A DNA stretch of 64,000 nt from Minutocellus sp. GHC0000111 (lineage: Eukaryota): assembly GCA_977018835.1 (NCBI GenBank), contig OZ361259.1, positions 2,728,001 to 2,792,000 on the forward strand. The letters are read 5' to 3'. The notes under the pieces are model-generated. The model worked only from the letters and a program-made list of their open reading frames with translations. It searched no databases and was not told the origin of the DNA. Below are positions 42,820 through 54,155 of this stretch, piece by piece. The position numbers were made by a program, and so were the translations under genes. The first letter of the stretch is position 1. The number at the start of each line of letters is the position of its first letter.

Positions 42820-44498
42820 CTATCTTAAATTGCCAAAAAGTGTTCGCTCCCCGGTTCTATTGTTGAATAGATGTATAATGGCAACATTGTCGGCCAAATT
42901 ACCATCAGTGAGCCTCCTTGCAACCTCTTGCGCTTGTTCGTCGTGAGCTTCTTTTGCATGTCCAAGAATGCATTTGAGAGTGAGGACAAAGAAACACTTT
43001 GACTTCAAAACACCCTCCCTCTTTGTCATGAGCATGTATTCAAGCTGCTTCTCCATTACTGAAAGACACATATCTGAAACATATATACCGACAATGTCCT
43101 TCTCCATATCTGGCAATGCATCTTGAATTTGCCTCGGAATATGAACAACCTTGTCAGTACCCAATACAACAGACGATAGTTTTGCAGGATCAATCGAATA
43201 TACCTGTTGACAACCAGCAATGTTCTCCGCAAGATACTTTGTCCAACCGCCCGGAGCTGCCCCAACATCCATTGCCACTGAAGATGACACCTTGGAAGGA
43301 TCCGGCTTGTATCTAACAAAAGCTTCTTCTAGCTTGTGATAGGCTCGGCATATTTCAGACGATTCTGTTTCTGTCCTTTCATCTTCTTTCTTGTTGTCTT
43401 CAATGACGCTTGTTTCGTGTCTCCTCTTTCTTGACCGTGCATTGAGGTTGCCAAAAAATGTAGACGCATTTGATAGCCCGAGCAGGTACAGCCTGTTAGG
43501 GTTAGGGTTCGTCCAACAGTCGACCGTCTGCTCTTGGAGGGTGGAGCCTCATCAGTGTGAACTCTCACCACAGAGAGAATGGTATTATAATTGACAGGAT
43601 CTAAAATCACCGCGCTACGCAGAGCAGCATTGGATTGCTCAATGCCATCGGCAATCGTCTGTTGTAATTTGCTGGGGTACGACTGCACCCGCAAGCGAAT
43701 CGCCGCCCTTTGCTCCTCGTTTGCAGACTTATTGGTGTCGCGATCCGCGCATTTCTTCTTTAGCAACTCAATCGCCTTTTGTGATACCTCATCCACACCT
43801 GTCGTTTCAATCGATATCCCTTGCTCTACAATGAAGCATCGGTTGAGCGCAGTCGTCAAGAAGGCCTTTTCACTAATGTCACGAACCAGGACTTCAGGAT
43901 CACCTCGAAACGTAAGCAGTATCAATTTGAGGTTTGTGCTACCGTCACATGGCAATACACTGACAAATGAAACCTTATCGGCATGCTCATAATTGATACC
44001 GGGTCTATCTTTGCGCGATATCGACAGGTAGTCCACCATGCGATCGCAGTGTGACGCATTCACATGCAACACGACATTGGGTTTCTTCTCTGCTATCATT
44101 CGGGTTACTTCGTCCCATCTTTGGGCATTCCGTTCCTCCAATGCATCGAATTTGACCTTGGAACGAGGAGGATCGGCAATTTTAATGTTGCCACAAAACA
44201 GCGATCCGCCATTGGGTTTGGCCTCGACGGCAGCGTTGGCCTCTGCTGCATTTTGATAAGCAACGAACGCATAGGCGCTGTTTCCCCGACTCTTGTCCTG
44301 ATTGCACAGCCTGACGGATACTATGGGACCAAATGATGATAGGACGCTACCACGAAGCTGTTCTTCTGTACAATCACCGGCAATTCTGGAAACAAAGAGC
44401 ACATTGCTGTTGTTGGGTTGGGTTATTGGTGTTGGTGTTGGTGCTGGCGTGCAAGAAGGTCTCATCTTTGGCTGTGAAGATCGAGAAGCGGCGGCCAT
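42820..44498 (-). CDS. RRM plus FtsJ/RlmM-type RNA 2'-O-methyltransferase (complete copy; frame break at ~43493-43545)
   Basis: RNP2 LFVSRI and RNP1 AYAFVAY. The downstream frame reads CRAYHKLEEAF...AMDVGAAPGGWT...SIDP...VSDM...LTLK...ERT (K-D-K-E tetrad). Confidence 0.8.
43495..43509 (+). repeat. Short telomere-type repeat G(TTAGGG)2TT
   Basis: Read directly. The duplicate at 49841-49861 has one more unit. Confidence 0.8.
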
Positions 44499-44791
44499 GG
44501 CGCCGAAACCGAAGTGTTGGGAAACAATATGAGGCAAATAAATGCCTGCAGATTCGATGACTTTTCGCTACAAGTCAAAGGCGTAGATGATTTCAGTGTC
44601 GATTGAGGCGGCCGCCACGCCTCTTTCTGACTTCTGACTGCTTGCTTTACGCTCATGCTCAGCATCGTCTCATCCATTGAGGTGCTCAAATGCCGGGTGT
44701 CTTACCAGCAGAGAGCACATCACTCAGGTGCGATGATGAGAATTTGGCCAATGGCAACACAAAAATCACCGTTTCTTGTCGAGCACGAACC

Positions 44792-45793
44792 ATGAGCGAC
44801 GATCCCCTCAGCAGCGGCCTTCTCGGCGGCGATACCGGTACCGGCGACGACAACGTGGAGGAGCTCAATTTCGAGCATCCTCTGCACGCGTCGGATGCCG
44901 CCGCCCGGCTTGGCATGTCGACCGATGCCGCCTTGATGGGAGGCACGACCGGCGACTCTTCGGGGGTCCCAGCCCCGGCTCCCACCTCCATGATGGCTGC
45001 TTCCACCCCCGCCCTCGGCGGTCAGCCTGCACCTTCCGCAGGCGCGGCGGCGCCCGCGATGAATCGGCAGGGCTCGCTCTTTGAGCGCATCCAGGCCGCC
45101 CAGGCGGCGCAGGGCATGCCGGTATCTTCCTCTGGTCCGACTCCCGCGGGCGGACCAGCAATGACCGGCGGCAACTCGACCAGCAACAACCTCGGCCAAA
45201 GCCAGACGGAGGGCGGTGCCGTTATTCTCGAGGGCAGCACGACGATGGGGAGCGGTGGTGGTGGTGGCTACGACGACAATGGGCCGACTCTCTACGCATC
45301 AGGACCGTCCATCCCTCAATACCAACCCGAGCCCAGTAGCGGACCATACGGCGGCATGATGAACGATGGACTGCCCGAGGGTGCGTCGGCCGGTGAGAAG
45401 GCCATGGCCGTGGCAGGAATGGCGTGGGAGGGCATGATGAGACTGGGAAGCAAGGCAGCTCGGACGGGATACCGTGCCGTCAGTCAGCGTGGTGCCGAGG
45501 GTGGTGGAAATCAGGCCGGTCTGCTGGGCGGCGGTGGCACCGGAGCTGCAGATGCCATGGAGAGCGGTGGCGCAGCAGCACCGTCCTATGCACCGCCGGG
45601 AAGCGAGGGCACAGCAACCATGGAGGGCATCGGCGGTGGTGGCAACGGCGCGCCGCAGGAGGGATACTCCATGGTGGCCTACGCCCGTCAGTTTGTGAGC
45701 GACGTTGCCCGTCTGATTTCCGCGGCTCCAGCACGCGTGCAATATGCGCTCATCTTGTTGGTGTGCTACCTGTTTTGGAAGATATTTGCATGA
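44792..45793 (+). CDS. Gly/Ala-rich disordered protein with a C-terminal TM anchor (copy 1)
   Basis: Long ORF ending YALILLVCYLFWKIFA. The start is taken at MSDDPL. Confidence 0.7.
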   Translation: MSDDPLSSGLLGGDTGTGDDNVEELNFEHPLHASDAAARLGMSTDAALMGGTTGDSSGVPAPAPTSMMAASTPALGGQPAPSAGAAAPAMNRQGSLFERIQAAQAAQGMPVSSSGPTPAGGPAMTGGNSTSNNLGQSQTEGGAVILEGSTTMGSGGGGGYDDNGPTLYASGPSIPQYQPEPSSGPYGGMMNDGLPEGASAGEKAMAVAGMAWEGMMRLGSKAARTGYRAVSQRGAEGGGNQAGLLGGGGTGAADAMESGGAAAPSYAPPGSEGTATMEGIGGGGNGAPQEGYSMVAYARQFVSDVARLISAAPARVQYALILLVCYLFWKIFA

Positions 45794-46047
45794 TACAATT
45801 GAATAAAGTTTGTGACTGGCTTTCTTGCCGGTGGAACATTTAAATAAATGTGCATGGAGAGTGATTACGATGCAAAAGCTGGTGCATACAAAGTTTTTTT
45901 CTCAAGTCGGGACAGTTTCCATCCCCGGACTTCGTAGCTGTAATTTTTAGGAAGATGCAAATCTTCATCCCAGTTGGCCATTTTGCCGGCCATCGATTGC
46001 AACTACAAAGCGCCTCTAGATACTCTCTCACGCTTGGATTCTTTATT

Positions 46048-47574
46048 TTATAAATAAACAATCAAGGCAATGTAAAGAGTGCAGACAAAGATGTGCCGAG
46101 AAAAGTGGGCATCACCCTTGATCTGAGCCACTGCGGCAGTGATCACATAAATTACGATCCATAAGTTGGCGATCGCCTCTCTTGATAACGTGATGATGGC
46201 AAATGCAAGCAATGCTGGTGCGACGTATAGTATCACATCTCGCATGCTATTACTGCTCATTGGCAGATAGTTGTTTTCTTCCCCATGAACAACCTTAGGC
46301 TCAACAGATGCCAAGGATCGAAATATCAGCGAGATAACAACAGCCCCCATCCACATATCAACTGAATAGTGAAAACCCTGATACACTTCGACTAGGTAGT
46401 CAAAAGCCAGCAAGGACCAAACAGCCACGGAAAAGAATGCATTGTCGGCGACAGATACTCCAACACAGGCCAAGACAGAAGTTACTGTTGCATGACCAGA
46501 GATGATGAGATCGTTGCAACCCCCTCTTGCAGCTGGTTTCAACCCTACCATGATCCACTCTGGCCAAGTGTCAGGAACCGGATAAGGATAGTGACTCCGA
46601 TAACATGATGGCATTTGGCTCGGTAGGACTGTCAGCAGGAAGCTTACAGTGCGAACGAATCGAGCAATGCCCAGGGTCAGCAGTGCTCGCATGCCGACCG
46701 CCCACATACTGCGATGGGAGGCACGGCCCAGCTTCAACTCACAGCCCACAAGACCACCGGCAATCGCAGCTGATACCAGCGCCCATTGAACATTGAATGC
46801 ATCTCGCAGGGCTTGGACGTCCCTCCGTTGCAGACTTGCCATATCGGCGAGCTTTCTCATCACTATCCGACCATTATCTTGCAAGGCCTCTGGATACGGA
46901 GGTTCATGACTTGCTGGGTATGTCGCCGACACAACCCACACTTGAAAATTTTCATGCAATAGCACGCCAATCATAAAGAGACAAGATAGCACAGCTTTTG
47001 TCTTCAATTGCATCCCCTGACCATCTTCGTTCGCCGTTGAAGATGACGATGGCGAGCCCTTTCTGCGTTTACTAGTTGTAGGAGTATCGTGCGCTGGTCT
47101 CGTGGCCAGGGAAAATGCTGCAGCCACAAGGGCGGCGACCAAAGCTGTCATCCACCTCGGAAGTTGATTGCTCACGATCGATACAACAAATGCTCCAGCG
47201 ACGAGATTCTCATTGGCATGTTTACCTCGAATGGCAACGTATAACGCCATCAGCACGGGGATTATCAGCAAAGCCAGTATTGTCCACCAGCCCGGCCGAC
47301 TGCTTTGACGGATGGCAAATGTTGTCATAAACAAAATTGCAGCCACGGCCCCATAAATCATTGTCGGAGGGATACTCTGCTGATTCCATCCACCGGGCGT
47401 TCTCCGCCGTATCCTCCATTTTGCATGCTCGTCGTCGGCAAGATGTGCCGAGTTAGGCTTGCCGCCTTCTTCATCGCCACGGTTGCCTCCCCGACGATGC
47501 ATTGGTCCTCGAGACATATGAAGAGGCAGCAAATGGTTCGTTTGCGCGTCGTTATTGCTGCTGTGCTCGACCAT
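46048..47574 (-). CDS. Sphingomyelin/inositol-phosphorylceramide synthase-like protein (PAP2 superfamily; copy 1)
   Basis: TVLPS, GGCNDLIISGH and HYSVD catalytic motifs; multiple TM helices. Confidence 0.8.
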   Translation of the reverse strand: MVEHSSNNDAQTNHLLPLHMSRGPMHRRGGNRGDEEGGKPNSAHLADDEHAKWRIRRRTPGGWNQQSIPPTMIYGAVAAILFMTTFAIRQSSRPGWWTILALLIIPVLMALYVAIRGKHANENLVAGAFVVSIVSNQLPRWMTALVAALVAAAFSLATRPAHDTPTTSKRRKGSPSSSSTANEDGQGMQLKTKAVLSCLFMIGVLLHENFQVWVVSATYPASHEPPYPEALQDNGRIVMRKLADMASLQRRDVQALRDAFNVQWALVSAAIAGGLVGCELKLGRASHRSMWAVGMRALLTLGIARFVRTVSFLLTVLPSQMPSCYRSHYPYPVPDTWPEWIMVGLKPAARGGCNDLIISGHATVTSVLACVGVSVADNAFFSVAVWSLLAFDYLVEVYQGFHYSVDMWMGAVVISLIFRSLASVEPKVVHGEENNYLPMSSNSMRDVILYVAPALLAFAIITLSREAIANLWIVIYVITAAVAQIKGDAHFSRHIFVCTLYIALIVYL

Positions 47575-47803
47575 TCAACGTCGCTCTGCCAAGTGAGCAA
47601 AATGATACCGTTGCTTTGATACGACCCCATTCTTTTAGTGCTTCCTTTTCTATCCGTAGTGCCTCAGCTCGATCGGCAGGAGAGGCAGCAGCTTTTACCC
47701 CAGGCAAATGTCTTCAGCTGAACAACAACAACACATACTGCGTACGGTATTCCCTCAAGCAGACCTTAGGTTATGTTTCTATATTTGCATGTTAGCATAA
47801 TAT

Positions 47804-48762
47804 CTATTCCTCGGCCTCCTCATCGTCGCCGCCGGCGATGCTGAAGTATCGGAGCTCGTAAGTGTTCTTGTTGGAGGCAACAACGCGGAGGTAATCACGG
47901 AGCTGCTGCTTCTTGAGGTAACGCTTGGCGAGGTACTTGAGCTGACGCTTGGAGAAGCCAAGGTCGGCGGGGGAGGCAACGGTGAGCTTGGTCTTCTCGC
48001 GGGTGATGACAACGTTGTTCGAGGCGAGGGCACCGGTCTTGCCGTCGACCTTGATGCGATCGTGAAGGTACTTCTCGAAGGAGGCAACGTCGAGGACCTT
48101 ATCCTCAACGGGGGCCGTGCAGTCAAGGACGAACTTGACGGTCTGCTTCTTGCTGGACTTTCCCTGTTGTGATAGTGATGGCATGATTAGGTAATGAAAA
48201 AAGCAAAGCGTAAGTGATGGGTTCAGAGAGGACACACTTTTGCTAGTCTCTGCTCTCAGTGGAGAAGCAAGGACCAGCGCAAGCGATCCGTCCCCCATCA
48301 CACTTCTGATTTGATTGGTGCATATCACTGCATCACAAAGAACACGCGGGGCGACGTACAATCTCGGAGAGAAATGCAGCGCAACGGGGTACAAACGCAA
48401 CCACAAAAACCAGCATCTCACACCACGAGACAGACAGCTTCGAATGCGCACCAAACAAGGCGACTACAGGCAAATCTCCAAGATCAACCAGAGCACACTG
48501 CTGGTGAGCATATTGAAGCATGTTCTTGTCTCGGGTAGGATGAGGTTTGGGTCGGTCATGGGGTGTTTTTCTTGTGTGTGACAGTGGGCACCAAACCATA
48601 TCAGTTGCCAACGAGAGGATGCAGACGAAGGGGGGCGGGGCGCCCTTCTCTCCTCATCGCGGATGTGATAGGGGGCGGATCGATTGGGCAGAACAGCAAT
48701 GCAATTGCACCGAGACGGCGCAATGCAATGCAGGCAGCCGATTACAATCAATCTCTTACCAT
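47804..48762 (-). CDS. RPL22: 60S ribosomal protein L22 (eL22; copy 1); ATG-only first coding exon and a 596-nt intron
   Basis: [61 protein letters not shown]. acaaaATG|GTAAGA at 48762-48760 and cacaacAG|GGA at 48164/48163 give MGKSSKK. An additional micro-exon cannot be excluded. Confidence 0.93.
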
Positions 48763-49012
48763 TTTGTCTGTGTTTATTGTTTGACTCTACTACTTCTGTT
48801 CGCAAAAGTGAGAAGATGGGCCATGGATGCAAAGGGTTATGAGCGAACGCACATTTAAGCCACTAAAAATAAGAAAAAAATTTAGAACCACTAATTTCAT
48901 GGGGGTTTCAGTAATGCGGTAAGAGCCCGGCGAGGCGATTTTCGGAGAAGTTTGCCTCATTTTTACTCGTCTCGGCCGTGCTCGTCTAACCTCAGTTTCC
49001 ATTCCTGCCCCA

Positions 49013-49348
49013 ATGAGCAACCCCCTTCTGCTCAATTGTCACGACGCCTGCGTCTACAAATCTGACCTTCGTCTTGTGGAGTCACCCACGGAGTGGCTGA
49101 ACGATGCCTGCATCAACTTCCAAATGACGAGACTTCAGCAGAAGCACAAGGACAGCCGAGCCAATCAAGGCGGAGGTGTTGCTCCTCCTCTGGTCTTTCT
49201 CGATCCTGCCGTCGTCTCCTACATGATGCACCAGTGCGATGAGGAGGATCTGGCCGACCTAGGACAGTCGTGGAGTGCAGACATTCAACGCATGTCCACA
49301 GGTGGTGGCATTGATGCATTTGAGAGTGAGGACAAAGAAACACTTTGA
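49013..49348 (+). pseudogene. 3'-truncated SENP8/DEN1-like deneddylase (intact N-terminus, catalytic part lost at the duplication junction)
   Basis: LLNCHDACVYKSDLRLV..EWLNDACINF. Similarity ends at 49316, and the ORF then reads through antisense methyltransferase sequence. Confidence 0.8.
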
Positions 49349-50850
49349 CTTCAAAACACCCTCCCTCTTTGTCATGAGCATGTATTCAAGCTGCTTCTCC
49401 ATTACTGAAAGACACATATCTGAAACATATATACCGACAATGTCCTTCTCCATATCTGGCAATGCATCTTGAATTTGCCTCGGAATATGAACAACCTTGT
49501 CAGTACCCAATACAACAGACGATAGTTTTGCAGGATCAATCGAATATACCTGTTGACAACCAGCAATGTTCTCCGCAAGATACTTTGTCCAACCGCCCGG
49601 AGCTGCCCCAACATCCATTGCCACTGAAGATGACACCTTGGAAGGATCCGGCTTGTATCTAACAAAAGCTTCTTCTAGCTTGTGATAGGCTCGGCATATT
49701 TCAGACGATTCTGTTTCTGTCCTTTCATCTTCTTTCTTGTTGTCTTCAATGACGCTTCTTTCGTGTCTCCTCTTTCTTGACCGTGCATTGAGGTTGCCAA
49801 AAAATGTAGACGCATTTGATAGCCCGAGCAGGTACAGCCTGTTAGGGTTAGGGTTAGGGTTCGTCCAACAGTCGACCGTCTGCTCTTGGAGGGTGGAGCC
49901 TCATCAGTGTGAACTCTCACCACAGAGAGAATGGTATTATAATTGACAGGATCTAAAATCACCGCGCTACGCAGAGCAGCATTGGATTGCTCAATGCCAT
50001 CGGCAATCGTCTGTTGTAATTTGCTGGGGTACGACTGCACCCGCAAGCGAATCGCCGCCCTTTGCTCCTCGTTTGCAGACTTATTGGTGTCGCGATCCGC
50101 GCATTTCTTCTTTAGCAACTCAATCGCCTTTTGTGATACCTCATCCACACCTGTCGTTTCAATCGATATCCCTTGCTCTACAATGAAGCATCGGTTGAGC
50201 GCAGTCGTCAAGAAGGCCTTTTCACTAATGTCACGAACCAGGACTTCAGGATCACCTCGAAACGTAAGCAGTATCAATTTGAGGTTTGTGCTACCGTCAC
50301 ATGGCAATACACTGACAAATGAAACCTTATCGGCATGCTCATAATTGATACCGGGTCTATCTTTGCGCGATATCGACAGGTAGTCCACCATGCGATCGCA
50401 GTGTGACGCATTCACATGCAACACGACATTGGGTTTCTTCTCTGCTATCATTCGGGTTACTTCGTCCCATCTTTGGGCATTCCGTTCCTCCAATGCATCG
50501 AATTTGACCTTGGAACGAGGAGGATCGGCAATTTTAATGTTGCCACAAAACAGCGATCCGCCATTGGGTTTGGCCTCGACGGCAGCGTTGGCCTCTGCTG
50601 CATTTTGATAAGCAACGAACGCATAGGCGCTGTTTCCCCGACTCTTGTCCTGATTGCACAGCCTGACGGATACTATGGGACCAAATGATGATAGGACGCT
50701 ACCACGAAGCTGTTCTTCTGTACAATCACCGGCAATTCTGGAAACAAAGAGCACATTGCTGTTGTTGGGTTGGGTTATTGGTGTTGGTGTTGGTGCTGGC
50801 GTGCAAGAAGGTCTCATCTTTGGCTGTGAAGATCGAGAAGCGGCGGCCAT
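49314..50850 (-). pseudogene. 3'-truncated duplicate of the RRM-methyltransferase gene
   Basis: Matches copy 1 up to ...VLTLKCI. The last ~48 codons, including the catalytic Glu region, are replaced by antisense SENP8 sequence. Confidence 0.8.
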
Positions 50851-51143
50851 GGCGCCGAAACCGAAGTGTTGGGAAACAATATGAGGCAAATAAATGCCTG
50901 CAGATTCGATGACTTTTCGCTACAAGTCAAAGGCGTAGATGATTTCAGTGTCGATTGAGGCGGCCGCCACGCCTCTTTCTGACTTCTGACTGCTTGCTTT
51001 ACGCTCATGCTCAGCATCGTCTCATCCATTGAGGTGCTCAAATGCCGGGTGTCTTACCAGCAGAGAGCACATCACTCAGGTGCGATGATGAGAATTTGGC
51101 CAATGGCAACACAAAAATCACCGTTTCTTGTCGAGCACGAACC

Positions 51144-52145
51144 ATGAGCGACGATCCCCTCAGCAGCGGCCTTCTCGGCGGCGATACCGGTACCGGCGAC
51201 GACAACGTGGAGGAGCTCAATTTCGAGCATCCTCTGCACGCGTCGGATGCCGCCGCCCGGCTTGGCATGTCGACCGATGCCGCCTTGATGGGAGGCACGA
51301 CCGGCGACTCTTCGGGGGTCCCAGCCCCGGCTCCCACCTCCATGATGGCTGCTTCCACCCCCGCCCTCGGCGGTCAGCCTGCACCTTCCGCAGGCGCGGC
51401 GGCGCCCGCGATGAATCGGCAGGGCTCGCTCTTTGAGCGCATCCAGGCCGCCCAGGCGGCGCAGGGCATGCCGGTATCTTCCTCTGGTCCGACTCCCGCG
51501 GGCGGACCAGCAATGACCGGCGGCAACTCGACCAGCAACAACCTCGGCCAAAGCCAGACGGAGGGCGGTGCCGTTATTCTCGAGGGCAGCACGACGATGG
51601 GGAGCGGTGGTGGTGGTGGCTACGACGACAATGGGCCGACTCTCTACGCATCAGGACCGTCCATCCCTCAATACCAACCCGAGCCCAGTAGCGGACCATA
51701 CGGCGGCATGATGAACGATGGACTGCCCGAGGGTGCGTCGGCCGGTGAGAAGGCCATGGCCGTGGCAGGAATGGCGTGGGAGGGCATGATGAGACTGGGA
51801 AGCAAGGCAGCTCGGACGGGATACCGTGCCGTCAGTCAGCGTGGTGCCGAGGGTGGTGGAAATCAGGCCGGTCTGCTGGGCGGCGGTGGCACCGGAGCTG
51901 CAGATGCCATGGAGAGCGGTGGCGCAGCAGCACCGTCCTATGCACCGCCGGGAAGCGAGGGCACAGCAACCATGGAGGGCATCGGCGGTGGTGGCAACGG
52001 CGCGCCGCAGGAGGGATACTCCATGGTGGCCTACGCCCGTCAGTTTGTGAGCGACGTTGCCCGTCTGATTTCCGCGGCTCCAGCACGCGTGCAATATGCG
52101 CTCATCTTGTTGGTGTGCTACCTGTTTTGGAAGATATTTGCATGA
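51144..52145 (+). CDS. Gly/Ala-rich tail-anchored protein (copy 2)
   Basis: Translation identical to copy 1. Confidence 0.7.
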   Translation: MSDDPLSSGLLGGDTGTGDDNVEELNFEHPLHASDAAARLGMSTDAALMGGTTGDSSGVPAPAPTSMMAASTPALGGQPAPSAGAAAPAMNRQGSLFERIQAAQAAQGMPVSSSGPTPAGGPAMTGGNSTSNNLGQSQTEGGAVILEGSTTMGSGGGGGYDDNGPTLYASGPSIPQYQPEPSSGPYGGMMNDGLPEGASAGEKAMAVAGMAWEGMMRLGSKAARTGYRAVSQRGAEGGGNQAGLLGGGGTGAADAMESGGAAAPSYAPPGSEGTATMEGIGGGGNGAPQEGYSMVAYARQFVSDVARLISAAPARVQYALILLVCYLFWKIFA

Positions 52146-52399
52146 TACAATTGAATAAAGTTTGTGACTGGCTTTCTTGCCGGTGGAACATTTAAATAAA
52201 TGTGCATGGAGAGTGATTACGATGCAAAAGCTGGTGCATACAAAGTTTTTTTCTCAAGTCGGGACAGTTTCCATCCCCGGACTTCGTAGCTGTAATTTTT
52301 AGGAAGATGCAAATCTTCATCCCAGTTGGCCATTTTGCCGGCCATCGATTGCAACTACAAAGCGCCTCTAGATACTCTCTCACGCTTGGATTCTTTATT

Positions 52400-53926
52400 T
52401 TATAAATAAACAATCAAGGCAATGTAAAGAGTGCAGACAAAGATGTGCCGAGAAAAGTGGGCATCACCCTTGATCTGAGCCACTGCGGCAGTGATCACAT
52501 AAATTACGATCCATAAGTTGGCGATCGCCTCTCTTGATAACGTGATGATGGCAAATGCAAGCAATGCTGGTGCGACGTATAGTATCACATCTCGCATGCT
52601 ATTACTGCTCATTGGCAGATAGTTGTTTTCTTCCCCATGAACAACCTTAGGCTCAACAGATGCCAAGGATCGAAATATCAGCGAGATAACAACAGCCCCC
52701 ATCCACATATCAACTGAATAGTGAAAACCCTGATACACTTCGACTAGGTAGTCAAAAGCCAGCAAGGACCAAACAGCCACGGAAAAGAATGCATTGTCGG
52801 CGACAGATACTCCAACACAGGCCAAGACAGAAGTTACTGTTGCATGACCAGAGATGATGAGATCGTTGCAACCCCCTCTTGCAGCTGGTTTCAACCCTAC
52901 CATGATCCACTCTGGCCAAGTGTCAGGAACCGGATAAGGATAGTGACTCCGATAACATGATGGCATTTGGCTCGGTAGGACTGTCAGCAGGAAGCTTACA
53001 GTGCGAACGAATCGAGCAATGCCCAGGGTCAGCAGTGCTCGCATGCCGACCGCCCACATACTGCGATGGGAGGCACGGCCCAGCTTCAACTCACAGCCCA
53101 CAAGACCACCGGCAATCGCAGCTGATACCAGCGCCCATTGAACATTGAATGCATCTCGCAGGGCTTGGACGTCCCTCCGTTGCAGACTTGCCATATCGGC
53201 GAGCTTTCTCATCACTATCCGACCATTATCTTGCAAGGCCTCTGGATACGGAGGTTCATGACTTGCTGGGTATGTCGCCGACACAACCCACACTTGAAAA
53301 TTTTCATGCAATAGCACGCCAATCATAAAGAGACAAGATAGCACAGCTTTTGTCTTCAATTGCATCCCCTGACCATCTTCGTTCGCCGTTGAAGATGACG
53401 ATGGCGAGCCCTTTCTGCGTTTACTAGTTGTAGGAGTATCGTGCGCTGGTCTCGTGGCCAGGGAAAATGCTGCAGCCACAAGGGCGGCGACCAAAGCTGT
53501 CATCCACCTCGGAAGTTGATTGCTCACGATCGATACAACAAATGCTCCAGCGACAAGATTCTCATTGGCATGTTTACCTCGAATGGCAACGTATAACGCC
53601 ATCAGCACGGGGATTATCAGCAAAGCCAGTATTGTCCACCAGCCCGGCCGACTGCTTTGACGGATGGCAAATGTTGTCATAAACAAAATTGCAGCCACGG
53701 CCCCATAAATCATTGTCGGAGGGATACTCTGCTGATTCCATCCACCGGGCGTTCTCCGCCGTATCCTCCATTTTGCATGCTCGTCGTCGGCAAGATGTGC
53801 CGAGTTAGGCTTGCCGCCTTCTTCATCGCCACGGTTGCCTCCCCGACGATGCATTGGTCCTCGAGACATATGAAGAGGCAGCAAATGGTTCGTTTGCGCG
53901 TCGTTATTGCTGCTGTGCTCGACCAT
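52400..53926 (-). CDS. Sphingomyelin/IPC synthase-like protein (copy 2)
   Basis: Translation identical to copy 1. Confidence 0.8.
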   Translation of the reverse strand: MVEHSSNNDAQTNHLLPLHMSRGPMHRRGGNRGDEEGGKPNSAHLADDEHAKWRIRRRTPGGWNQQSIPPTMIYGAVAAILFMTTFAIRQSSRPGWWTILALLIIPVLMALYVAIRGKHANENLVAGAFVVSIVSNQLPRWMTALVAALVAAAFSLATRPAHDTPTTSKRRKGSPSSSSTANEDGQGMQLKTKAVLSCLFMIGVLLHENFQVWVVSATYPASHEPPYPEALQDNGRIVMRKLADMASLQRRDVQALRDAFNVQWALVSAAIAGGLVGCELKLGRASHRSMWAVGMRALLTLGIARFVRTVSFLLTVLPSQMPSCYRSHYPYPVPDTWPEWIMVGLKPAARGGCNDLIISGHATVTSVLACVGVSVADNAFFSVAVWSLLAFDYLVEVYQGFHYSVDMWMGAVVISLIFRSLASVEPKVVHGEENNYLPMSSNSMRDVILYVAPALLAFAIITLSREAIANLWIVIYVITAAVAQIKGDAHFSRHIFVCTLYIALIVYL

Positions 53927-54155
53927 TCAACGTCGCTCTGCCAAGTGAGCAAAATGATACCTTTGCTTTGATACGACCCCATTCTCTTAGTGCTTCCTTT
54001 TCTATCCGTAGTGCCTCAGCTCGATCGGCAGGAGAGGCAGCAGCTTTTACCCCAGGCAAATGTCTTCAGCTGAACAACAACAACACATACTGCGTACGGT
54101 ATTCCCTCAAGCAGACCTTAGGTTATGTTTCTATATTTGCATGTTAGCATAATAT

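Noticed and set aside
48214..48301. TPP riboswitch in the RPL22 intron (CTGAGA and TGAACC present)
   Set aside because: The P4/P5 core (CUGAU...UAAU...GCG.AGG) is missing, and the host gene is unrelated to thiamine.
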